From the human T2T-CHM13v2.0 reference genome, Homo sapiens: DNA of 64,000 bases. The stretch is taken from the NCBI RefSeq assembly GCF_009914755.1, contig NC_060944.1, one strand, 5' to 3'. The notes under the pieces are model-generated. The model saw only the letters and a list, made by a program, of their open reading frames with translations, was not told where the DNA came from and searched no databases. Below, in pieces: positions 11,701 to 26,700 of this stretch (position 1 is its first letter; the number at the start of each line of letters is the position of its first letter). The position numbers and the translations under genes were made by a program.

Positions 11701-14700
11701 CAGGCCTAACGTGAAAAAGGAAATATCTTCCCATAAAAACTAGACAGAAGCATTCTCAGAAACTTGTTCTTGATGTGTGCCCTCTACTGACAGAGTTGAA
11801 CCTTTCTTTGCAAAGAGCAGCTTTGAAACACTCTTTTTGTAGAATCTGCAAGAGGATATTTGGATAGCTTGGAGGATTTCGTTGGAAACGGGTATGTCTT
11901 CAGATAAACTCTAGACAGAAGCATTCTCAGAAACTTCTTTGGGATGTTGCATTCAAGTCACAGAGTAGAACATTCCCATTCATAGAGCAGATTTGAAACA
12001 CTCTTTTTGTAGTATCTGGAAGTGGACATTTGGAGCGCTTTCAGGCCTATGTTGAAAAAGGAAATATCTTCCCATAAAAACTAGACGGAAGCATTCTCAG
12101 AAACTTATTTGTGATGTGTTTGCTCAACTAACAGGATTGAACCATCGTTTTGAAGGAGCAGTTTTGAAACACTGTTTTCGTGGAATCTGCAAGTGGATAT
12201 TTGGCTAGCTTTGAGGATTTCGTTGGAAACGGGATTACATATAAAAAGGAGACAGCAGCATTCTCAGAAACTTCTTTGTGATGTCTGCATTCAATTCACA
12301 GAGTTGAGCATTCCCTTTCATAGAGCAGGTTGGAAACACTCTTTGTAGTATCTGGATGAGGACATTTGGAGCGCTTTCAGGCGTATGGTGAAAAAGGAAA
12401 TATCTTCCCGTAAAAACTAGACAGAAGCATTCTCAGAAGTTTATTTGTGATGTGTGCCCTCAACTAACAGAGTTGAACCTTTCTTTTGATAGAGCAGTTT
12501 TGAAACACTCTTTTTGTAAAATCTGCAAGAGGATATTTGGATAGCTTTGAGGATTTCGTTGCAAACGGGAATGGCTTCATATAAACTCTAGACAGAAGCA
12601 TTCTCAGAAACTTCGTTGGGATGTTTCGATTGAAGTCCCAGTGTTGAACATTCCCTTTTATAGAGCAGGTTGGAAACACTCTTTCTGCATTCCCTGGAAG
12701 TGGACATTTGGAGCGCTTTCAGGACGACGGTGAAAATGGAAATATCTTCCAAGAAAATCTAGATAGAAGCAACGTCAGAAACTTTTATGTGATGGATCTA
12801 CTCAGCTAACAGAGTTGAACCTTTCTTTTGAGAGAGCAGTTTTGCAACACTCTTTTTGTGGAATATGCAAGTGGATATTAGGGCAGCTTTGAGGATTTCG
12901 TTGGAAACGGGAATACATGTAAAAAGCAGACAGCAGCATTCTCAGAAACTTCTTTGTGATGTTTGCATTGAAGTCACAGAGTTGAACATTCCCTTTGAGA
13001 GAGCAGGTTTGAAACACGCCTTTTGTCATATCTGGAAGTGTCCATTCGGAGCGCATTCAGGCTTGTGTTGAAAAAGGAAATATCCTCCCATAAAAACTAG
13101 ACAGAAGCATTCTCAGAAACTTATCTGTGATGTATGTACTCAACTAACAGAACTAAACCATCGTTTTGAAGGAGCAGTTTTGAAACACTCTTTTTGCGGA
13201 ATCTGCAAGTGGATATTTGGCTAGCTGGGAGGATTTCGTTGGAAACGGGATTACATACAAAAAGCAGACAGCAGCATTCTCAGAAACTTCTTTGTGATGT
13301 TTGCATTCAAGTCACAGAGTTGAACATTCCCTTTCATAGAGCAGGTTTGAAACACTCTTTTTGTAGTATCTGGATGTGGACATTTGGATCGCTTTCAGGC
13401 CTATGGTGAAAAAGGAAATATCTTCCCATGAAAACTAGACAGAAGCATTCTCAGAAACTTATTTGTGATGTGTGCCCTCAACTGACAGTGTTGAACCTTT
13501 GTTTTGATAGAGCAGTTCTGAAACACACTTTTTGTAAAATCTGCAAGAGGATATTTGGATAGCTTTGAGGATTTCGTTGGAAACGGGAATGTCTTCATGT
13601 AAACTCTAGACAGAAGCATTCTCAGAAACTGCTTTGGGATGTTTCAATTGAAGTCCCAGTGTTGAACATTCCCATTCATAGAGCAGGTTTGAAACACTCT
13701 TTTTGTACTATCTGGAAGTGGACATTTGGAGCGCTTTCAGGTCTACGGTGAAAAAGGAGATATCTTCCAATAAAAACTAGATAGAAGCAATGTCAGAACT
13801 CTTTTCATGATGTATCTACTCAGCAAACAGAGTTGAACCTTTCTTTTGAGAGAGCAGTTTTGAAACACTCTTTTTGTGGAATATGCAAGTGGGTATTAGG
13901 CCAGCTTGGAGGATTTCGTTGGAAACGGGAATACGTATAAAAAGCAGACAGCAGCATTGTCAGAAACTACTTTGTGATGTTTGCATTCAAGTCACAGAAT
14001 TGAACACTCCCTTTCACAGAGCAGGTTTGAAACACTCTTTTTGTAGTGTCTGTAAGTGAACATTTGGATTGCTTTCAGGCCTAAGGTGAAAAAGGAAATA
14101 TCTTCCCATAAAAACTAGACAGAAGCATTCTCAGAAACTTGTTTGTGATGTGTGCCCTCTACTGACAGAGTTGAACCTTTCTTTGCAAAGAGCAGTTTTG
14201 AAACACTCTTTTTGTAGAATCTGCAAGAGGATATTTGGATAGCTTTGAGGATTTCTTGGGAAACGGGAATGTCTTCAGATAAACTCTAGACAGAAGCATT
14301 CTCAGAAACTTCTTTGGGATGTTTCAATTGAAGTCACAGTGTTGAACATTCCCTTTCACAGAGCAGGTTTGAAACACTCTTTTTGTAGTGTCTATAAGTG
14401 AACATTTGGCGTGCTTTCAGGCCTAACGTGAAAAAGGAAATATCTTCCCATAAAAACTAGACAGAAGCATTCTCAGAAACTTGTTCTTGATGTGTGCCCT
14501 CTACTGACAGAGTTGAACCTTTCTTTGCAAAGAGCAGCTTTGAAACACTCTTTTTGTAGAATCTGCAAGAGGATATTTGGATAGCTTGGAGGATTTCGTT
14601 GGAAACGGGTATGTCTTCAGATAAACTCTAGACAGAAGCATTCTCAGAAACTTCTTTGGGATGTTGCATTCAAGTCACAGAGTAGAACATTCCCATTCAT

Positions 14701-17700
14701 AGAGCAGATTTGAAACACTCTTTTTGTAGTATCTGGAAGTGGACATTTGGAGCGCTTTCAGGCCTATGTTGAAAAAGGAAATATCTTCCCATAAAAACTA
14801 GACGGAAGCATTCTCAGAAACTTATTTGTGATGTGTTTGCTCAACTAACAGGATTGAACCATCGTTTTGAAGGAGCAGTTTTGAAACACTGTTTTCGTGG
14901 AATCTGCAAGTGGATATTTGGCTAGCTTTGAGGATTTCGTTGGAAACGGGATTACATATAAAAAGGAGACAGCAGCATTCTCAGAAACTTCTTTGTGATG
15001 TCTGCATTCAATTCACAGAGTTGAGCATTCCCTTTCATAGAGCAGGTTGGAAACACTCTTTTTGTAGTATCTGGATGAGGACATTTGGAGCGCTTTCAGG
15101 CGTATGGTGAAAAAGGAAATATCTTCCCGTAAAAACTAGACAGAAGCATTCTCAGAAGTTTATTTGTGATGTGTGCCCTCAACTAACAGAGTTGAACCTT
15201 TCTTTTGATAGAGCAGTTTTGAAACACTCTTTTTGTAAAATCTGCAAGAGGATATTTGGATAGCTTTGAGGATTTCGTTGCAAACGGGAATGGCTTCATA
15301 TAAACTCTAGACAGAAGCATTCTCAGAAACTTCGTTGGGATGTTTCGATTGAAGTCCCAGTGTTGAACATTCCCTTTTATAGAGCAGGTTGGAAACACTC
15401 TTTCTGCATTCCCTGGAAGTGGACATTTGGAGCGCTTTCAGGACGACGGTGAAAATGGAAATATCTTCCAAGAAAATCTAGATAGAAGCAACGTCAGAAA
15501 CTTTTATGTGATGGATCTACTCAGCTAACAGAGTTGAACCTTTCTTTTGAGAGAGCAGTTTTGCAACACTCTTTTTGTGGAATATGCAAGTGGATATTAG
15601 GGCAGCTTTGAGGATTTCGTTGGAAACGGGAATACATGTAAAAAGCAGACAGCAGCATTCTCAGAAACTTCTTTGTGATGTTTGCATTGAAGTCACAGAG
15701 TTGAACATTCCCTTTGAGAGAGCAGGTTTGAAACACGCCTTTTGTCATATCTGGAAGTGTCCATTCGGAGCGCATTCAGGCTTGTGTTGAAAAAGGAAAT
15801 ATCCTCCCATAAAAACTAGACAGAAGCATTCTCAGAAACTTATCTGTGATGTATGTACTCAACTAACAGAACTAAACCATCGTTTTGAAGGAGCAGTTTT
15901 GAAACACTCTTTTTGCGGAATCTGCAAGTGGATATTTGGCTAGCTGGGAGGATTTCGTTGGAAACGGGATTACATACAAAAAGCAGAGAGCAGCATTCTC
16001 AGAAACTTCTTTGTGATGTTTGCATTCAAGTCACAGAGTTGAACATTCCCTTTCATAGAGCAGGTTTGAAACACTCTTTTTGTAGTATCTGGATGTGGAC
16101 ATTTGGATCGCTTTCAGGCCTATGGTGAAAAAGGAAATATCTTCCCATGAAAACTAGACAGAAGCATTCTCAGAAACTTATTTGTGATGTGTGCCCTCAA
16201 CTGACAGTGTTGAACCTTTGTTTTGATAGAGCAGTTCTGAAACACACTTTTTGTAAAATCTGCAAGAGGATATTTGGATAGCTTTGAGGATTTCGTTGGA
16301 AACGGGAATGTCTTCATGTAAACTCTAGACAGAAGCATTCTCAGAAACTGCTTTGGGATGTTTCAATTGAAGTCCCAGTGTTGAACATTCCCTTTCATAG
16401 AGCAGGTTTGAAACACTCTTTTTGTACTATCTGGAAGTGGACATTTGGAGCGCTTTCAGGTCTACGGTGAAAAAGGAGATATCTTCCAATAAAAACTAGA
16501 TAGAAGCAATGTCAGAACTCTTTTCATGATGTATCTACTCAGCAAACAGAGTTGAACCTTTCTTTTGAGAGAGCAGTTTTGAAACACTCTTTTTGTGGAA
16601 TATGCAAGTGGGTATTAGGCCAGCTTGGAGGATTTCGTTGGAAACGGGAATACGTATAAAAAGCAGACAGCAGCATTGTCAGAAACTACTTTGTGATGTT
16701 TGCATTCAAGTCACAGAATTGAACACTCCCTTTCACAGAGCAGGTTTGAAACACTCTTTTTGTAGTGTCTGTAAGTGAACATTTGGATTGCTTTCAGGCC
16801 TAAGGTGAAAAAGGAAATATCTTCCCATGAAAACTAGACAGAAGCATTCTCAGAAACTTGTTTGTGATGTGTGCCCTCTACTGACAGAGTTGAACCTTTC
16901 TTTGCAAAGAGCAGTTTTGAAACACTCTTTTTGTAGAATCTGCAAGAGGATATTTGGATAGCTTTGAGGATTTCTTGGGAAACGGGAATGTCTTCAGATA
17001 AACTCTAGACAGAAGCATTCTCAGAAACTTCTTTGGGATGTTTCAATTGAAGTCACAGTGTTGAACATTCCCTTTCACAGAGCAGGTTTGAAACACTCTT
17101 TTTGTAGTGTCTATAAGTGAACATTTGGCGTGCTTTCAGGCGTAACGTGAAAAAGGAAATATCTTCCCATAAAAACTAGACAGAAGCATTCTCAGAAACT
17201 TGTTCTTGATGTGTGCCCTCTACTGACAGAGTTGAACCTTTCTTTGCAAAGAGCAGCTTTGAAACACTCTTTTTGTAGAATCTGCAAGAGGATATTTGGA
17301 TAGCTTGGAGGATTTCGTTGGAAACGGGTATGTCTTCAGATAAACTCTAGACAGAAGCATTCTCAGAAACTTCTTTGGGATGTTGCATTCAAGTCACAGA
17401 GTAGAACATTCCCATTCATAGAGCAGATTTGAAACACTCTTTTTGTAGTATCTGGAAGTGGACATTTGGAGCGCTTTCAGGCCTATGTTGAAAAAGGAAA
17501 TATCTTCCCATAAAAACTAGACGGAAGCATTCTCAGAAACTTATTTGTGATGTGTTTGCTCAACTAACAGGATTGAACCATCGTTTTGAAGGAGCAGTTT
17601 TGAAACACTGTTTTCGTGGAATCTGCAAGTGGATATTTGGCTAGCTTTGAGGATTTCGTTGGAAACGGGATTACATATAAAAAGGAGACAGCAGCATTCT

Positions 17701-20700
17701 CAGAAACTTCTTTGTGATGTCTGCATTCAATTCACAGAGTTGAGCATTCCCTTTCATAGAGCAGGTTGGAAACACTCTTTTTGTAGTATCTGGATGAGGA
17801 CATTTGGAGCGCTTTCAGGCGTATGGTGAAAAAGGAAATATCTTCCCGTAAAAACTAGACAGAAGCATTCTCAGAAGTTTATTTGTGATGTGTGCCCTCA
17901 ACTAACAGAGTTGAACCTTTCTTTTGATAGAGCAGTTTTGAAACACTCTTTTTGTAAAATCTGCAAGAGGATATTTGGATAGCTTTGAGGATTTCGTTGC
18001 AAACGGGAATGGCTTCATATAAACTCTAGACAGAAGCATTCTCAGAAACTTCGTTGGGATGTTTCGATTGAAGTCCCAGTGTTGAACATTCCCTTTTATA
18101 GAGCAGGTTGGAAACACTCTTTCTGCATTCCCTGGAAGTGGACATTTGGAGCGCTTTCAGGACGACGGTGAAAATGGAAATATCTTCCAAGAAAATCTAG
18201 ATAGAAGCAACGTCAGAAACTTTTATGTGATGGATCTACTCAGCTAACAGAGTTGAACCTTTCTTTTGAGAGAGCAGTTTTGCAACACTCTTTTTGTGGA
18301 ATATGCAAGTGGATATTAGGGCAGCTTTGAGGATTTCGTTGGAAACGGGAATACATGTAAAAAGCAGACAGCAGCATTCTCAGAAACTTCTTTGTGATGT
18401 TTGCATTGAAGTCACAGAGTTGAACATTCCCTTTGAGAGAGCAGGTTTGAAACACGCCTTTTGTCATATCTGGAAGTGTCCATTCGGAGCGCATTCAGGC
18501 TTGTGTTGAAAAAGGAAATATCCTCCCATAAAAACTAGACAGAAGCATTCTCAGAAACTTATCTGTGATGTATGTACTCAACTAACAGAACTAAACCATC
18601 GTTTTGAAGGAGCAGTTTTGAAACACTCTTTTTGCGGAATCTGCAAGTGGATATTTGGCTAGCTGGGAGGATTTCGTTGGAAACGGGATTACATACAAAA
18701 AGCAGACAGCAGCATTCTCAGAAACTTCTTTGTGATGTTTGCATTCAAGTCACAGAGTTGAACATTCCCTTTCATAGAGCAGGTTTGAAACACTCTTTTT
18801 GTAGTATCTGGATGTGGACATTTGGATCGCTTTCAGGCCTATGGTGAAAAAGGAAATATCTTCCCATGAAAACTAGACAGAAGCATTCTCAGAAACTTAT
18901 TTGTGATGTGTGCCCTCAACTGACAGTGTTGAACCTTTGTTTTGATAGAGCAGTTCTGAAACACACTTTTTGTAAAATCTGCAAGAGGATATTTGGATAG
19001 CTTTGAGGATTTCGTTGGAAACGGGAATGTCTTCATGTAAACTCTAGACAGAAGCATTCTCAGAAACTGCTTTGGGATGTTTCAATTGAAGTCCCAGTGT
19101 TGAACATTCCCATTCATAGAGCAGGTTTGAAACACTCTTTTTGTACTATCTGGAAGTGGACATTTGGAGCGCTTTCAGGTCTACGGTGAAAAAGGAGATA
19201 TCTTCCAATAAAAACTAGATAGAAGCAATGTCAGAACTCTTTTCATGATGTATCTACTCAGCAAACAGAGTTGAACCTTTCTTTTGAGAGAGCAGTTTTG
19301 AAACACTCTTTTTGTGGAATATGCAAGTGGGTATTAGGCCAGCTTGGAGGATTTCGTTGGAAACGGGAATACGTATAAAAAGCAGACAGCAGCATTGTCA
19401 GAAACTACTTTGTGATGTTTGCATTCAAGTCACAGAATTGAACACTCCCTTTCACAGAGCAGGTTTGAAACACTCTTTTTGTAGTGTCTGTAAGTGAACA
19501 TTTGGATTGCTTTCAGGCCTAAGGTGAAAAAGGAAATATCTTCCCATAAAAACTAGACAGAAGCATTCTCAGAAACTTGTTTGTGATGTGTGCCCTCTAC
19601 TGACAGAGTTGAACCTTTCTTTGCAAAGAGCAGTTTTGAAACACTCTTTTTGTAGAATCTGCAAGAGGATATTTGGATAGCTTTGAGGATTTCTTGGGAA
19701 ACGGGAATGTCTTCAGATAAACTCTAGACAGAAGCATTCTCAGAAACTTCTTTGGGATGTTTCAATTGAAGTCACAGTGTTGAACATTCCCTTTCACAGA
19801 GCAGGTTTGAAACACTCTTTTTGTAGTGTCTATAAGTGAACATTTGGCGTGCTTTCAGGCCTAACGTGAAAAAGGAAATATCTTCCCATAAAAACTAGAC
19901 AGAAGCATTCTCAGAAACTTGTTCTTGATGTGTGCCCTCTACTGACAGAGTTGAACCTTTCTTTGCAAAGAGCAGCTTTGAAACACTCTTTTTGTAGAAT
20001 CTGCAAGAGGATATTTGGATAGCTTGGAGGATTTCGTTGGAAACGGGTATGTCTTCAGATAAACTCTAGACAGAAGCATTCTCAGAAACTTCTTTGGGAT
20101 GTTGCATTCAAGTCACAGAGTAGAACATTCCCATTCATAGAGCAGATTTGAAACACTCTTTTTGTAGTATCTGGAAGTGGACATTTGGAGCGCTTTCAGG
20201 CCTATGTTGAAAAAGGAAATATCTTCCCATAAAAACTAGACGGAAGCATTCTCAGAAACTTATTTGTGATGTGTTTGCTCAACTAACAGGATTGAACCAT
20301 CGTTTTGAAGGAGCAGTTTTGAAACACTGTTTTCGTGGAATCTGCAAGTGGATATTTGGCTAGCTTTGAGGATTTCGTTGGAAACGGGATTACATATAAA
20401 AAGGAGACAGCAGCATTCTCAGAAACTTCTTTGTGATGTCTGCATTCAATTCACAGAGTTGAGCATTCCCTTTCATAGAGCAGGTTGGAAACACTCTTTT
20501 TGTAGTATCTGGATGAGGACATTTGGAGCGCTTTCAGGCGTATGGTGAAAAAGGAAATATCTTCCCGTAAAAACTAGACAGAAGCCTTCTCAGAAGTTTA
20601 TTTGTGATGTGTGCCCTCAACTAACAGAGTTGAACCTTTCTTTTGATAGAGCAGTTTTGAAACACTCTTTTTGTAAAATCTGCAAGAGGATATTTGGATA

Positions 20701-23700
20701 GCTTTGAGGATTTCGTTGCAAACGGGAATGGCTTCATATAAACTCTAGACAGAAGCATTCTCAGAAACTTCGTTGGGATGTTTCGATTGAAGTCCCAGTG
20801 TTGAACATTCCCTTTTATAGAGCAGGTTGGAAACACTCTTTCTGCATTCCCTGGAAGTGGACATTTGGAGCGCTTTCAGGACGACGGTGAAAATGGAAAT
20901 ATCTTCCAAGAAAATCTAGATAGAAGCAACGTCAGAAACTTTTATGTGATGGATCTACTCAGCTAACAGAGTTGAACCTTTCTTTTGAGAGAGCAGTTTT
21001 GCAACACTCTTTTTGTGGAATATGCAAGTGGATATTAGGGCAGCTTTGAGGATTTCGTTGGAAACGGGAATACATGTAAAAAGCAGACAGCAGCATTCTC
21101 AGAAACTTCTTTGTGATGTTTGCATTGAAGTCACAGAGTTGAACATTCCCTTTGAGAGAGCAGGTTTGAAACACGCCTTTTGTCATATCTGGAAGTGTCC
21201 ATTCGGAGCGCATTCAGGCTTGTGTTGAAAAAGGAAATATCCTCCCATAAAAACTAGACAGAAGCATTCTCAGAAACTTATCTGTGATGTATGTACTCAA
21301 CTAACAGAACTAAACCATCGTTTTGAAGGAGCAGTTTTGAAACACTCTTTTTGCGGAATCTGCAAGTGGATATTTGGCTAGCTGGGAGGATTTCGTTGGA
21401 AACGGGATTACATACAAAAAGCAGAGAGCAGCATTCTCAGAAACTTCTTTGTGATGTTTGCATTCAAGTCACAGAGTTGAACATTCCCTTTCATAGAGCA
21501 GGTTTGAAACACTCTTTTTGTAGTATCTGGATGTGGACATTTGGATCGCTTTCAGGCCTATGGTGAAAAAGGAAATATCTTCCCATGAAAACTAGACAGA
21601 AGCATTCTCAGAAACTTATTTGTGATGTGTGCCCTCAACTGACAGTGTTGAACCTTTGTTTTGATAGAGCAGTTCTGAAACACACTTTATGTAAAATCTG
21701 CAAGAGGATATTTGGATAGCTTTGAGGATTTCGTTGGAAACGGGAATGTCTTCATGTAAACTCTAGACAGAAGCATTCTCAGAAACTGCTTTGGGATGTT
21801 TCAATTGAAGTCCCAGTGTTGAACATTCCCTTTCATAGAGCAGGTTTGAAACACTCTTTTTGTACTATCTGGAAGTGGACATTTGGAGCGCTTTCAGGTC
21901 TACGGTGAAAAAGGAGATATCTTCCAATAAAAACTAGATAGAAGCAATGTCAGAACTCTTTTCATGATGTATCTACTCAGCAAACAGAGTTGAACCTTTC
22001 TTTTGAGAGAGCAGTTTTGAAACACTCTTTTTGTGGAATATGCAAGTGGGTATTAGGCCAGCTTGGAGGATTTCGTTGGAAACGGGAATACGTATAAAAA
22101 GCAGACAGCAGCATTGTCAGAAACTACTTTGTGATGTTTGCATTCAAGTCACAGAATTGAACACTCCCTTTCACAGAGCAGGTTTGAAACACTCTTTTTG
22201 TAGTGTCTGTAAGTGAACATTTGGATTGCTTTCAGGCCTAAGGTGAAAAAGGAAATATCTTCCCATGAAAACTAGACAGAAGCATTCTCAGAAACTTGTT
22301 TGTGATGTGTGCCCTCTACTGACAGAGTTGAACCTTTCTTTGCAAAGAGCAGTTTTGAAACACTCTTTTTGTAGAATCTGCAAGAGGATATTTGGATAGC
22401 TTTGAGGATTTCTTGGGAAACGGGAATGTCTTCAGATAAACTCTAGACAGAAGCATTCTCAGAAACTTCTTTGGGATGTTTCAATTGAAGTCACAGTGTT
22501 GAACATTCCCTTTCACAGAGCAGGTTTGAAACACTCTTTTTGTAGTGTCTATAAGTGAACATTTGGCGTGCTTTCAGGCGTAACGTGAAAAAGGAAATAT
22601 CTTCCCATAAAAACTAGACAGAAGCATTCTCAGAAACTTGTTCTTGATGTGTGCCCTCTACTGACAGAGTTGAACCTTTCTTTGCAAAGAGCAGCTTTGA
22701 AACACTCTTTTTGTAGAATCTGCAAGAGGATATTTGGATAGCTTGGAGGATTTCGTTGGAAACGGGTATGTCTTCAGATAAACTCTAGACAGAAGCATTC
22801 TCAGAAACTTCTTTGGGATGTTGCATTCAAGTCACAGAGTAGAACATTCCCATTCATAGAGCAGATTTGAAACACTCTTTTTGTAGTATCTGGAAGTGGA
22901 CATTTGGAGCGCTTTCAGGCCTATGTTGAAAAAGGAAATATCTTCCCATAAAAACTAGACGGAAGCATTCTCAGAAACTTATTTGTGATGTGTTTGCTCA
23001 ACTAACAGGATTGAACCATCGTTTTGAAGGAGCAGTTTTGAAACACTGTTTTCGTGGAATCTGCAAGTGGATATTTGGCTAGCTTTGAGGATTTCGTTGG
23101 AAACGGGATTACATATAAAAAGGAGACAGCAGCATTCTCAGAAACTTCTTTGTGATGTCTGCATTCAATTCACAGAGTTGAGCATTCCCTTTCATAGAGC
23201 AGGTTGGAAACACTCTTTTTGTAGTATCTGGATGAGGACATTTGGAGCGCTTTCAGGCGTATGGTGAAAAAGGAAATATCTTCCCGTAAAAACTAGACAG
23301 AAGCATTCTCAGAAGTTTATTTGTGATGTGTGCCCTCAACTAACAGAGTTGAACCTTTCTTTTGATAGAGCAGTTTTGAAACACTCTTTTTGTAAAATCT
23401 GCAAGAGGATATTTGGATAGCTTTGAGGATTTCGTTGCAAACGGGAATGGCTTCATATAAACTCTAGACAGAAGCATTCTCAGAAACTTCGTTGGGATGT
23501 TTCGATTGAAGTCCCAGTGTTGAACATTCCCTTTTATAGAGCAGGTTGGAAACACTCTTTCTGCATTCCCTGGAAGTGGACATTTGGAGCGCTTTCAGGA
23601 CGACGGTGAAAATGGAAATATCTTCCAAGAAAATCTAGATAGAAGCAACGTCAGAAACTTTTATGTGATGGATCTACTCAGCTAACAGAGTTGAACCTTT

Positions 23701-26700
23701 CTTTTGAGAGAGCAGTTTTGCAACACTCTTTTTGTGGAATATGCAAGTGGATATTAGGGCAGCTTTGAGGATTTCGTTGGAAACGGGAATACATGTAAAA
23801 AGCAGACAGCAGCATTCTCAGAAACTTCTTTGTGATGTTTGCATTGAAGTCACAGAGTTGAACATTCCCTTTGAGAGAGCAGGTTTGAAACACGCCTTTT
23901 GTCATATCTGGAAGTGTCCATTCGGAGCGCATTCAGGCTTGTGTTGAAAAAGGAAATATCCTCCCATAAAAACTAGACAGAAGCATTCTCAGAAACTTAT
24001 CTGTGATGTATGTACTCAACTAACAGAACTAAACCATCGTTTTGAAGGAGCAGTTTTGAAACACTCTTTTTGCGGAATCTGCAAGTGGATATTTGGCTAG
24101 CTGGGAGGATTTCGTTGGAAACGGGATTACATACAAAAAGCAGACAGCAGCATTCTCAGAAACTTCTTTGTGATGTTTGCATTCAAGTCACAGAGTTGAA
24201 CATTCCCTTTCATAGAGCAGGTTTGAAACACTCTTTTTGTAGTATCTGGATGTGGACATTTGGATCGCTTTCAGGCCTATGGTGAAAAAGGAAATATCTT
24301 CCCATGAAAACTAGACAGAAGCATTCTCAGAAACTTATTTGTGATGTGTGCCCTCAACTGACAGTGTTGAACCTTTGTTTTGATAGAGCAGTTCTGAAAC
24401 ACACTTTTTGTAAAATCTGCAAGAGGATATTTGGATAGCTTTGAGGATTTCGTTGGAAACGGGAATGTCTTCATGTAAACTCTAGACAGAAGCATTCTCA
24501 GAAACTGCTTTGGGATGTTTCAATTGAAGTCCCAGTGTTGAACATTCCCATTCATAGAGCAGGTTTGAAACACTCTTTTTGTACTATCTGGAAGTGGACA
24601 TTTGGAGCGCTTTCAGGTCTACGGTGAAAAAGGAGATATCTTCCAATAAAAACTAGATAGAAGCAATGTCAGAACTCTTTTCATGATGTATCTACTCAGC
24701 AAACAGAGTTGAACCTTTCTTTTGAGAGAGCAGTTTTGAAACACTCTTTTTGTGGAATATGCAAGTGGGTATTAGGCCAGCTTGGAGGATTTCGTTGGAA
24801 ACGGGAATACGTATAAAAAGCAGACAGCAGCATTGTCAGAAACTACTTTGTGATGTTTGCATTCAAGTCACAGAATTGAACACTCCCTTTCACAGAGCAG
24901 GTTTGAAACACTCTTTTTGTAGTGTCTGTAAGTGAACATTTGGATTGCTTTCAGGCCTAAGGTGAAAAAGGAAATATCTTCCCATAAAAACTAGACAGAA
25001 GCATTCTCAGAAACTTGTTTGTGATGTGTGCCCTCTACTGACAGAGTTGAACCTTTCTTTGCAAAGAGCAGTTTTGAAACACTCTTTTTGTAGAATCTGC
25101 AAGAGGATATTTGGATAGCTTTGAGGATTTCTTGGGAAACGGGAATGTCTTCAGATAAACTCTAGACAGAAGCATTCTCAGAAACTTCTTTGGGATGTTT
25201 CAATTGAAGTCACAGTGTTGAACATTCCCTTTCACAGAGCAGGTTTGAAACACTCTTTTTGTAGTGTCTATAAGTGAACATTTGGCGTGCTTTCAGGCCT
25301 AACGTGAAAAAGGAAATATCTTCCCATAAAAACTAGACAGAAGCATTCTCAGAAACTTGTTCTTGATGTGTGCCCTCTACTGACAGAGTTGAACCTTTCT
25401 TTGCAAAGAGCAGCTTTGAAACACTCTTTTTGTAGAATCTGCAAGAGGATATTTGGATAGCTTGGAGGATTTCGTTGGAAACGGGTATGTCTTCAGATAA
25501 ACTCTAGACAGAAGCATTCTCAGAAACTTCTTTGGGATGTTGCATTCAAGTCACAGAGTAGAACATTCCCATTCATAGAGCAGATTTGAAACACTCTTTT
25601 TGTAGTATCTGGAAGTGGACATTTGGAGCGCTTTCAGGCCTATGTTGAAAAAGGAAATATCTTCCCATAAAAACTAGACGGAAGCATTCTCAGAAACTTA
25701 TTTGTGATGTGTTTGCTCAACTAACAGGATTGAACCATCGTTTTGAAGGAGCAGTTTTGAAACACTGTTTTCGTGGAATCTGCAAGTGGATATTTGGCTA
25801 GCTTTGAGGATTTCGTTGGAAACGGGATTACATATAAAAAGGAGACAGCAGCATTCTCAGAAACTTCTTTGTGATGTCTGCATTCAATTCACAGAGTTGA
25901 GCATTCCCTTTCATAAAGCAGGTTGGAAACACTCTTTTTGTAGTATCTGGATGAGGACATTTGGAGCGCTTTCAGGCGTATGGTGAAAAAGGAAATATCT
26001 TCCCGTAAAAACTAGACAGAAGCCTTCTCAGAAGTTTATTTGTGATGTGTGCCCTCAACTAACAGAGTTGAACCTTTCTTTTGATAGAGCAGTTTTGAAA
26101 CACTCTTTTTGTAAAATCTGCAAGAGGATATTTGGATAGCTTTGAGGATTTCGTTGCAAACGGGAATGGCTTCATATAAACTCTAGACAGAAGCATTCTC
26201 AGAAACTTCGTTGGGATGTTTCGATTGAAGTCCCAGTGTTGAACATTCCCTTTTATAGAGCAGGTTGGAAACACTCTTTCTGCATTCCCTGGAAGTGGAC
26301 ATTTGGAGCGCTTTCAGGACGACGGTGAAAATGGAAATATCTTCCAAGAAAATCTAGATAGAAGCAACGTCAGAAACTTTTATGTGATGGATCTACTCAG
26401 CTAACAGAGTTGAACCTTTCTTTTGAGAGAGCAGTTTTGCAACACTCTTTTTGTGGAATATGCAAGTGGATATTAGGGCAGCTTTGAGGATTTCGTTGGA
26501 AACGGGAATACATGTAAAAAGCAGACAGCAGCATTCTCAGAAACTTCTTTGTGATGTTTGCATTGAAGTCACAGAGTTGAACATTCCCTTTGAGAGAGCA
26601 GGTTTGAAACACGCCTTTTGTCATATCTGGAAGTGTCCATTCGGAGCGCATTCAGGCTTGTGTTGAAAAAGGAAATATCCTCCCATAAAAACTAGACAGA

